Below, one piece after another: positions 50,614-61,710 of a DNA stretch of 64,000 nucleotides. Each line of letters begins with the position of its first letter. Position 1 is the first letter of the stretch. Origin of the DNA: Paraspadella gotoi (taxonomy: Eukaryota > Animalia > Chaetognatha); assembly GCA_051294375.1 (NCBI GenBank), contig JBJCIZ010000239.1:3886402-3950401 (forward strand). The letters run 5' to 3'. The notes under the pieces are model-generated. The model ran no database searches and was not told the origin of the DNA. It worked only from the letters and a program-made list of their open reading frames with translations. The translations under genes were made by a program, and so were the position numbers.

Positions 50614-51074
50614 CTGAGAACGAGAGGGACTCGCTACGTGAGAAAATTGCTTAATATCTAATGAGAGAACTGGCGGGAAGGAGTCGTTACCATTTTTTAA
50701 CCGAGTTCCGGAAGACAATCCTCTCCCCATTACAGAGAGAGAGAGAGACACAAAAAGAGAGTAATAAAGTAGAGAAAAAGATAGAAAGGTTAGAAAGAAC
50801 GAAACAAAGAAAGAAAGGAAGAGAAAAGAAAGATCAAGAGAATAATAAAGACTAGAGTCCCCATAAATTTTCTTCCGCGCGATATCTCCTAATCACTAGA
50901 GAAACTCATGTCATACCATAATCTCTCTCTCTCTCCCTCCCTCTCTCCCTTTTTCTCTCCTCTCCCTCTCCTCTCCTTCCCCCCCCAGCGCCGAGTGTCT
51001 CTCGATAAAAATTCCTATGTGACTCCATGGCGCTCATGGGACTCTCTCTCCCCCTTCTAACCTCCCTTTTTTAA

Positions 51075-51435
51075 GGGGCCTTATTTTCGCAAAGCGCCAT
51101 GTTTTATCTTAAATTTAGGAATTAGTTTTGTAGTCGAGCATTGCCGAATGTTTATGCCCCCTACAAGCGGGTTAAAGGTTAAGGGTTAAGTTAAGGATTA
51201 AAGATTTGGGTTAGGATAGGGGAATAGGATAGGGGATTAGGATAGGGGATTAGGGTTATTGGTTACGGTTAATAATTAAGAATAGGGTTTTTTGGTTAAG
51301 ATTAAGAATTAGGTTAGAACAAAGGATTAGGTTTAAAGTTATCGATCGAGAAACAAATTAAAAATAAATATTAGGAAAAAAATTTAGTTCAGGAATTGAA
51401 AGAACAGAAATGGGGCACTTTTGGATAAGAGAACC
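51075..51435 (+). mobile_element. MITE with degenerate TTAGGG-like core, containing a short TGTAGTCG... TIR fragment at about 51129-51165
   Basis: GGGGCCTTATTTTCGCAAAGCGCCATGTTTTATC ... GAACAGAAATGGGGCACTTTTGGATAAGAGAACC; internal TGTAGTCGAGCATTGCCGAATGTT resembles the intron-1 element TIR. Confidence 0.65.
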
Positions 51436-51552
51436 TTTTCGTCTTTTTCGCTTCGTCTTTCCCTTTTGTGATTTCCAGAGTTCATCAAAGCGGTCAAGAG
51501 GAGAAGGAGGAGGAGGAGGAAGAGAAGGAAGAGGAGGAGAAAGAGGAGGAAG

Positions 51553-52900
51553 ACAACGACGATTATGATGACAATTATGTCAATGATGACTTTGACACCA
51601 ATGATGACAAAGTAAATAACGACAAAGACGACGACGAAGACGATGACGACAAAGACAACGATGATAATGATGACAATTACGACGTCAACGATGACTTTGA
51701 CACCAATGATGACAAAGTAAATGACAACAAAGATAACTATGACAAAGATGACGACAACAACAACAAAGACAAAGACGACGACAAAGACAATGACGATGGT
51801 GAGGACAATTTCGACGTCGAAGATGACTTTGACACCAATGAAGACAAAGTAAATAATGACAAAGATTACAATGACAAAGATAACGACAAAGACAATGACG
51901 ACAAAGACAACAACGATTATGATGACCATTACGACATCAATGATGACTTTGACACCAATAATGACAAACTAAAAAACAACAAAGACAACTACGACGAAGA
52001 TGACGACGACAACAACAAAGACAAAGACGACAACAAAGACAACGATTATTATGATGACAATTACGACGTTGAAGATGACTTTGACACCAATGATGACAAA
52101 GTAAATAATGACAAAGACGACAACGACGACGATGATGACCAAAACAACAAAGACGACGAAGACGACAACAAAGACAACGACGATTAATATGACAATTACG
52201 ACGTCAACGATGACTTTAACACCGATGATGACAAAGTAAACAACAACGACGACGACAATGACAATGTCGACGATAACGATAAAGGCAACGATAATGACGA
52301 CAAAGACGACGACTAAGTCAACGACGCTCACGACGACGACAACGACAAAATCATTGAAGACGTCGACCATCGCGCGTGGGAACGGATCAACGGTTGTTCA
52401 TTTATTTTATGCGGAGAACATTTACTGTTCAACATCTGATCCGCTAGAGTTTTTTCTGCGCGGGCGAACGACGACGACGACGACGACGACGACGACCACG
52501 ATGACCACAACAACAACGACGACAATAACAACGACAAAGACGATGACAACGACGACGATAATGACAAGAGAGACGATGACGACGGCCACAACGACGACAA
52601 CCATAACGACGACAATGATGAGAACGGAAATTACAACAAAGACAACGACGATGAAAACAACGACAATGATAAAGACAAAGATAAGACAAAGACAATGACA
52701 AAGACGACGGTAATAATGACGACGACGACGACGACGATGATGTGAGTAACGATGTCGACAACAAGGACAACAAAGACGATGACAACAACAACAACAACAA
52801 AAGAAAAACGACGACGACCATGATGATGTGAATAACGATTTCGACAACGACAACGAAGACGATGACAACAACAACAACAACAACAACGACGACGACGATC
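51553..52900. repeat. GAC/AAC/GAT low-complexity array with a higher-order ~105-135-bp unit
   Basis: GATGACTTTGACACCAATGATGACAAAGTAAA recurs six times between about 51585 and 52240 within trinucleotide-like sequence. Confidence 0.85.
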
Positions 52901-53002
52901 ATAAATTAGCGATCGATCGAGATATAAATCGACGCTTATTTCCTCTCAGCGGAAGTAATAAATATTTTATTGCGAGAATCAATTACGAGAGGGGAGAAAA
53001 AG

Positions 53003-53077
<75 letters not shown>

Positions 53078-53604
53078 ATCTCTGGCGGGGTTATCTATAG
53101 TTTTCCTTACATGTGCTGAGATATTGGTACAACCCGATATAGAATTTGCTTATTGATTAATTAAATAAGATTTGGCAGACTTTGTTGGGAGATAAGATAA
53201 TAGTCTAGTTTATTCGCTTCCCTATTATCTTTTTTAACTGTTTAAATTGGATTAAAGAACCGCTACATTATGTTAGTATTAGATCAGAGAATACCGTAAT
53301 AGCGATTCATTTTAGTTAATAATTGTGGTGAGGTTTCATTAGACGTGCGCGTTTTGTAATTTGTACATTCACGTGAAAATCGGGAAATGAGTCCATTTCA
53401 AAAATTCAACAACAGTTTCGAAGTTTGAAAAGGTTTATGGCCTACTCTTTTGTCATAAGAATAGCGAAGTTTGACGTAAAACAGAGCAAAAGTGAAAAAA
53501 GGCAAAAAAAAAAGCAAAGAGCAAAAAATTCCCAGAAAAAAAAAGCAACGCGGATTGCGTGGGCGGTCAACGACCCTGAAGCGGAATACACTAGTCGCCT
53601 GGCA

Positions 53605-53612
53605 ACGATGAC

Positions 53613-53645
<33 letters not shown>

Positions 53646-53704
53646 TATGATGATGATGACAAGATGATGACGATAATGATAATGATTATGATGACGACGA
53701 CGAC

Positions 53705-53737
<33 letters not shown>

Positions 53738-54160
53738 TATGATGACGACGACGACAACAATAAAGATGATGATGATGATGATATATGATGACGACGACGA
53801 CGATGGATGATGATGATGATGATGATGATGCGGACAATAATGATGATGATTATGATGACGACGACGACGACGACGACGATGATGATGATGACACCGTAAT
53901 TTTATGATTTTGACGATGATGATGATGATGATGATGATGATCATGACGATGATGAAGATGATGATGATAATTAAGACGACAACGAAGACGTAAATCTTAA
54001 GCATGATGATGATGACGAAGACGACGATGAAGAACAAAAAGACGACGACGACGAAGGACAATGACCGCATAAACACTCGGCCTATTCTGGGTCTCGACTC
54101 TCGATGAGTTTGGCCACTCAAACTTTAGGTGTCAACAGTCGGTCAAATGCGGAGGCGAAA

Positions 54161-54194
<34 letters not shown>

Positions 54195-54325
54195 GGATGC
54201 CAATGATAATGTTGACAATGAGGACGATGACCAAAACGACGACTACGACGACGATGACGATGAACACGACGATCCTGATGATAAAGAAGAAGAAGACGAC
54301 GACGACGACGACGACGACGACGAAC
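53605..54325. repeat. (GAT/GAC)n microsatellite region
   Basis: Long degenerate GAT/GAC runs. Confidence 0.9.
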
Positions 54326-54448
54326 GACGTGAGCCGGTGTCAACAAGAGCCACCCTCGCGGTCGTTCCCTTCGGCAGACAGATTATCGTCCAGAGTCTGA
54401 TGACCAAAAACAGAGGAAAACAGAGATTTCTCTCTGTATTTTTAGAAA

Positions 54449-54493
<45 letters not shown>

Positions 54494-55079
54494 AGTGTGT
54501 GTGTGAATCAAAATATGGAAATATTATGTGGCAAAAGTGAAAAGGTCTTTTTTTTTTTGCAATTTTTTCATTCCTTTTTTCTATCTTAATCTTATTTGCA
54601 TACATTTGCAATTTTACTTCAAGATGACATTCTTTTTAAATTTAAAACAAATCATCTTTGTTTTTTAAAACAAAAAAAAAAGATTTTTAAAGATGTAGAA
54701 TTTCGTTTTATCTTGTTCACTGTTTGCGAATTTTTGTTTTAGTGTTAGTGTTAATATTTTATCTAAATATGTATGTTCAAAAATTATTAAATCGAATTCA
54801 ATCATATTAAACTTGGTAGGAAACTAAGCCGATTAATACAGTTTCATTATTATAATGTCGTATTGTGAACGCCGAACATTCTCCTAAAAATAATCTACAT
54901 TTTCTCTCAATTTATTTAAAAACTGGAAGTCGTCGTCCGCCTAAAGAAATTCTTATTTAAAAAATCCCACTCGTTACTGCAATATGCAAATGAGATTTTT
55001 GAAGCGAAGCGGAGCCCAAGGATTTTTGTGTTGTGTGTGTGTCAAATAGCCTTTTCCACGGGATGTCGTGAAAGCCTTT

Positions 55080-55114
<35 letters not shown>

Positions 55115-55574
55115 AGCTTTCAAATGTACCGTTTAATAAAATTCCTCTCTCGGGTCTTCTTGACTTTCATTTCGACTTTTCCTCGTTTTTTCTCTCTCGT
55201 CTTCGACTTTAATTTCTCGGTCTATCAGTCTATGTGTCTCTTTAAATATCTCTATCATTTTATCTCTCTGTCCATGCGTCTCTCTTTAAATTATCCATTC
55301 CCACCTCTTTCTGTTCAGTCTTTCAGATATTATGAGTTTATATATATATATATGTGTGTGTTAATGAGTTTATATTTAATGCCTTTCTACCAGGAATGAT
55401 GTGTAATACTTATTTTGAAAAAAAAATTAATATTAAAATATTTCATTGTTTTGTGGCTTAACAAATGGAAGTATTTTTTTTTATTCTGAGAAAAAAACGG
55501 GAAGAGGGTAGGTTCCGGCGGCGGAGGGTGAGGTTCGATCCTGTAGCAGTCCCTTAGATTTGAGGTTTTTTTTT

Positions 55575-55806
55575 CTCCCTTAACCAATGACAATTTACCG
55601 ATGGGCAAACATACCGACCGACCGAGGAACAGACATACCGACCGAACGAGGAACAGACATACTGACCGACCGAGGGACCGACGGCCCGATCGACCGACAG
55701 ACAAACATACCGACCGACCGAGGAACAGACATACCGACCGACCGAGGGACCGACCGAAAAGCGACTTATAGAGTTGTTCCGCGAGTACTCGCGGCGCAAC
55801 TAAAAA
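55575..55806 (-). mobile_element. 5' part of a HINE/Helentron-type element with a 24-bp tandem repeat (related remnants at about 22270-22312 and 39325-39362)
   Basis: Minus strand reads TTTTAGTTGCGCCGCGAGTACTCGCGGAACAACTCTATAAGTCG (T-run plus hairpin), then GTCG-rich 24-bp units (CAGACATACCGACCGACCGAGGAA on plus). Confidence 0.6.
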
Positions 55807-56338
55807 TAATACTTATCTCTGTAAGCCGCGACTGATATAAAACTCTAGAAATAGTTTCCTGTTGATTCATGTATTTGAACATTTTGTTCAAACTAACACG
55901 TTGCTTAAAAAAATATTGTTTTAAACTATCATCGCACGATCGAAGCAGAACCGTGATTGGTCGAGATGCAACCGGCATCGACCAATCAGCTTGCAGAATC
56001 AATGGAACCGTCAAAAATAACTCTTGCCCTCGATCCTCTTCTCTTGTTATGAAAACAACAATAAAAAAGTATTTTAACAACAACAATAATGGTACAAACG
56101 CCCTTCGCTCGTATTTATTCATTAGTTAAAACATTGTCACTGTCTGTGCAACAACCAATAGTGGCAACGGACGTTCAATCAGTTGTTCCGCCGGTTGATT
56201 TACCAACTGTACGGACAGTGATAAAGCAATTTACCAATACAGCCAGAGGTTCAGATTGTCTCTCAGTTAGATAAGAGGTAAGAAAGAATAATGGGACCCT
56301 TAATGGCAGGGAGTTATTAAGATGCCGTCACTCGACAT

Positions 56339-56429
<91 letters not shown>

Positions 56430-57092
56430 CACACCACACGCCATTCTTAATACTCCTCAGTCATTCTTCTCTTATTGTGAGCCGAAAATATTAGTTTCAG
56501 CTTTTTGACTTCATATGAATGGTAGTGCTTGGCCACCGCCACCGCCGCCGCACCGCCGCCGCCACGGCTGTTTCAGCCGCAGCGACCACCTGTTCCATCG
56601 CCACTGCAGCAAAAACTAAGAGGTTTCAAAATATCTCTCAGCGCCTCCGCCGCGCCGCCGCCGCGCCACCGCCGCCGCCGCCGCCCGCCGTGCTTCCGCA
56701 GGAAGCCATTTTGTTCAAACTGTCTCTCAGTCAGATGCTAAGTAAGAAGAACTGATATTATCGAAAATAAATCCTTTCCCCAAAAAAACAAATAGTAGGT
56801 CAAGAATCGGGCGATTGGGTGAAAACTGATTGGTTACCGCCGAATCGAAACCGCATCAAGCTAGCGTACAATGCTCGATGAAACTTACGAAATTCACTCG
56901 TGTGTCCGATCCTCTCATGCTATAGATTAGACCAAGCTGTTTTCGTTTCAGTAGCATTGATCCAGATTCCCAGCGTGTGTCTTTATTCTCACAACTATAT
57001 ACTAATCACTTTTTAGCCGGTTGTCATTTGGATTTTTTTTCATCACTCTCTCTAACACATCGTACCGAGAGTGCTTGTACAATCAGAATAAA

Positions 57093-57724
57093 GGCGTAGT
57101 TAAAATTTTTAAATTTAACTTTATTAAAATTCTAAAAGGAGGACGATACTAATACTCATTGTATACTAATGGAACATTTTATGTAATAAACTATTATAAT
57201 AAAATTTACAATTTACCGCGTAGGCTCATATTTATTACTATACTAATTCCAATAAATGTTAAAATTTCAAATCAAGTTTTTTCTAAGAGGATTTTTCGCA
57301 ATTTGGTAGTTCCTCATAAAAAGTTGATAAAAAGAATATATATAACCTCTTTTTTAAAAATATTCCTTCATTAAGTGGGTCAAAATTAAATTTAGAAAAA
57401 ATTTATATTTTAAGCTGAAAATTAACTTTTATAATTAAATATAGTTTTGTAATTTTTTAACCCACTTATTGAAAAAGAATTTTTAAAAATATTATATTTT
57501 CTTTTATCAAACTTTGACGAGGATACAAATCTGCAAGACAAAATTTAAGAAAAGCTATTTTGAATTTTTTCGATTTTATAAGGGATAGTTACTATATTAT
57601 AAATATAGCCCTATGCGAAAATTAAAAAACATAAAATAATTTTTTTTTAACAAATTAATGTTCAACTGATGTATGTTGTTCATAATTGACCTTTAGAATT
57701 TTCGTACATAACTTTCACTACGCC
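57093..57724. mobile_element. Degenerate foldback MITE, Kolobok-like by termini
   Basis: TAAA|GGCGTAGT ... ACTACGCC|TTAA; arms stay complementary inward (57310-57390 vs 57452-57522). Confidence 0.6.
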
Positions 57725-59735
57725 TTAATGCAGAATGTTTTATCACTTTTCACTGCTGCCACCACATAACTTTCAAATCCTGTTAACAGGTTCAGCACTT
57801 ACGCTCTGGTCTTTGCCCTTGCTGGAATTATCACTGCCAGCGCGGTCTACGCCGGAATTTTTCACTATTGGCGTTGTCTCTTGGCGGCTTTATCCTTTTA
57901 GGTCTCAGTCTTCTTCTTCGTCTGGGAATGCTGCGACTGTTGGTCTAAAGACGCATAACGCCGCTGCTACGAGCCCAAATTAATATGACCGACATCACAG
58001 AATATTTGTTTGTCTGTCTACCTTTTTACTAATAAATTGTTTTCATATTTCAAACGCCCTGTAATTCGACAATAAAAACTTTAAAATTAACATGAAATAG
58101 TTTTTTTTTTAATTCAGAAAGATAAAAATAAACTGAAACGACGATGTATATATAGATGCAATTGTACAGTTTTTATTTCTCTTTAATCGTACGGATGTTT
58201 TTTTTTTTAAGTAAAATGGGTTTTTTTAAATCACCGATATTTTTTTTTCTTTAAAAATTATCATCAATGTTATTACGAATTCGGTAATTGTAGGTGCGTT
58301 GATCGTTAATTAATTAAAATATTATTTGTAAAAAAAAACTTTAAATAAAATAATTGATTTTTTTTCAATTAAATGCATTTAACAGTTGTATTTTTTTTCG
58401 GTTAAATCATTAATTTAGTTTTTCAAGAAAATGTCAAAATTAAGAATTTTACAATTAGAATAACCAGCAGAACCGTACAATACAAATCTATCCAATGGGT
58501 CGACTGACAAAAAAAATTACTTTCATAAAATCCCAAACAAAATTTAGATAATTCAGATTTCGGTGCAAAAAGTTTAACATAAAAACTGTATTTTCTTAAA
58601 AAAATAACCTTTTTCAACTCTAGTCGCGGGACCTAGAAAAAGCCAATTTAAAAAGTATTTATGAAATTTGAAAAAGAAAAACTGAGATTAAAGAACTTCT
58701 TTATTTTCTATAAAATAAAAAATAGTTAAACAATTTAATTTAAAAATCATTTTAATTAAATTAAAATTTGCTTATTATGTTGAATACTAAGTCGTCCTGC
58801 AATTTCCATAAACTACGAGTTTGATTCTCTTGCCCTTTTGTCCGCCGACCAACGGAATCAACTAACGAATATAACGACATCTGTAGCATCCGAACTTAAA
58901 CGAAATAAAAACAAAATTGAGAATCAACATTTAAAAATCGAGAATAGAACGAGCTTGGGCTTTTAGTTTAAATCTTATAGATTCATTCTTCACAATGTCT
59001 CATTAATTGATTAAACAATACTTGATTTCTTGTTTAAAATGTTGTTTGAGATTTATTACATTTAGAAAAAAACGATTTTTTTACATATGTACCTTTAATT
59101 AAATCTTACAGCAATAAAAAAACATTTATCAGCTAAAAAGTACTTAACAGATTGTAAATTTTAAAATCTTAAGGTTATTGATCAAATTTATGAACAGTGA
59201 AGAAACAACACGCGCGGCTATTTTAATTTTTTAAAACTAAAATTGTATGTTATGCATCAACTCGTTCCATTCCCTCGCGATTCTATATTTACAAACAAAC
59301 AGTTTCCTTTTTGTACTTTAAAAAAAAAGAACAAATGGCTATTCGTGTGTAACACTTGTGGATTAAATCACGAAAATGTAAAAAAAAAAAAAAGTAAATG
59401 CGATGATTTTATTTTTCTCGCTCACCGAAAAATGTTCGACCGACGCCAATGAGTAAAAGAACATTTGTCAAAAAATGGCATGAGAGCGAGAGAGAGAGAG
59501 AGAGAGAGAGAGAGCAGAGAGAGAGAGAGAGAAGAGAGATGAGAGAGAGAGAGAGAGAGAGAGAAGAGAGAGAACATAAATAGAAAACATAAAAAAGAGA
59601 GAAAAAATTACAAAAAGTCTTAATCACAGACGAAAGAACAATGCGTTTAAAAATTAAAAAAACCCCAGTAAAAATAGAGACAGAGTCAGACTAAAGATAG
59701 AGACAGAGTCAGACTCAAAAAAGAGACACAGAGTC

Positions 59736-60079
59736 TCACACTTCCGTCCCCATTCCAGCGTCGACGTGAGGCGAGAACTTGACGTGAGCGTTCTCCTCGG
59801 GAATCGTGTAAAGAGACGAATAAGATGCCGCCGCTGCCGCCGCAGCCGCCGCCGCCGCCGCCGCCGCCGCCGCTCCCGCTCCGCCGCCGGGTTGATGCCC
59901 GGCGTGAAGCAGGCCGCCCAGAGGGTGTAGAGTAGGTTCCGGCGGCGGCGGCGAGATCGGAGGGTAAGGTTCGATCCAGTAACCGAGAGAGTGCGGATCC
60001 AACATCTCCGTTGGAACGGATTTGGATCGGGGAAGTTCGCGGGTAAGGGCGGAGTGAACCGAGGCTGGAGGGTAAGCGT
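59736..60079 (-). CDS. Probable terminal exon of a minus-strand gene (Pro-rich, poly-Ala tail)
   Basis: C-rich tract plus ATCAG acceptor at 60080-81; open GC-rich frame AYPPASVHSALTRELPRSKSVPTEMLDPHSLGYWIEPYPP...AAAA...GTEV-TGA. Confidence 0.65.
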
Positions 60080-60447
60080 CTGATTTGGGAGGGTGGGTGA
60101 GGGGGAATATGGAAGGTAAGTAATTTTTATTTTTTTTAGTAATTTTTTATAAAAAATACAAAAACATATGTTTTTAACTTTAAAATTAATTTATACAGAT
60201 TTATACTTTAAACCGTAAACATATTAATATTTATTGTGTTTCTTTTATATGAAAAGAGATTAGCTCTTTACGCACACACAAACACACACATACACACACA
60301 CACACAAACGATCTTTGGTCAAACGAAACCAAAGACGAAGAAAGAGAAAAATGTAAACAGAGAAGAACATAAAAAAGATAAAAAGAAACTTCATAACAGA
60401 AAAAAAAAAATCCCGCGCTTCATCGGTCGGGAGGGGGGCATAATACT

Positions 60448-60539
<92 letters not shown>

Positions 60540-60938
60540 TTTCTTTCTCTTCATCCCTTGTTTACAGTCAACACAAGAAAAAAAGTCTTTTAAGGCCGAA
60601 ACTCTCTTCTTAAGCTGCTGATTGCTGGGAGGGAGAGAGGGAAAGAGAGAAAGAGAGTGAGAAGGCAAAAGAAAAAGAGGGGAGGGAGGGAGGTAGAGAG
60701 AGAGAGAGAGAAGGAAAATGAGAAAGAGGGGAATGGAGGGAGAGAGAGATAGAGAGACAGAGAGAGAGAGAGAGAGTGAGAGAGAGAGAGAGAAAGAAAC
60801 GAAGAAAATAAAAATTAAAAAAAAAACATAAGAAACAGAAAAAAAAACAAGAAAAACAGAAAAAGTGGAATCAAGAATCAGACGAGAATTTTTTATTTTT
60901 AAATTTTAAACTTTTGACGCCAAAACAGAACCACTCAA

Positions 60939-60974
<36 letters not shown>

Positions 60975-61294
60975 TTCCTACCCATCTTCTCTATTTTATG
61001 TAGTTCCAATCGATCCCATTTTTCATTTACTTCTTTCCCTTTTATCTCTTTCTTTTTCCTCAGCTCCTTTAAATCACTACCCTTTTTTTGGCTATTTTCT
61101 TTTTTCATCTTTGATTTTTTGTTGGATACTTTCGTCTCTAATTCTCTTGCCCTTTTTTTCTTTTTTCTTCCCTATTAATCACCCTCTTTTAGCCATCTTT
61201 CACACCTCTCTTTCCGCTACACTCTCTCTTTCTCTTATTGCTTTCTTAAGCCTCTTTGTTCCTTTCTTTCCCCCCACGCTCTACTCCCCTCAAC

Positions 61295-61519
61295 CGGCCG
61301 TCTTTTCTCCCATTACGGACTGGGCGGCGGGCGAATTTTTTCCCACTCGTCAATGACGTCGAACGCCGACCGAAATCGAGGCTGGCGGTCCTTAACCTGC
61401 TGCCGCTCAAGAACGGCTGGCGGCGCTGCTGCAAAACTCCCTGTTGCCCCGAGCAGACACAGCACGGTGGCTGCCACCGGCTCCCGGGATATTTGTTATA
61501 TGTTTGTAAGTATGTAGTT
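61295..61519 (-). CDS. Probable internal exon of the same minus-strand gene (frameshifted)
   Basis: GC-rich block between a CCTAG acceptor and a GTTGAG donor; reads VAATVLCLLG... and FDVIDEWEKIR in shifting frames. Confidence 0.45.
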
Positions 61520-61710
61520 CTAGGTTAAAGTCGAGCCACACAGGATTTAGTTGATGAGCAAATGTAATTATGGATAACACTTTATGACCGTGACATCATG
61601 ATTTACAAGAAGATTACAAGAAGATTACAAGAAGATTTTAAAATAAAATTTCTATAATCAAAAACATTTTTTTAAATCGAGGAAATCATCTGAGAGTCAT
61701 GGCTCTCAAC

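Larger units (their letters stand above)
38950..50734. repeat. ~6 kb inverted duplication (38950-44931 vs about 45037-50734) around a 25-N gap
   Basis: Arms are reverse complements including four exons; N at 44932-44956. Confidence 0.9.

Noticed and set aside
57735-57990. Moderately GC-rich block as a coding exon
   Set aside because: Only short frames on either strand, with no recognisable motif or clear splice pair.
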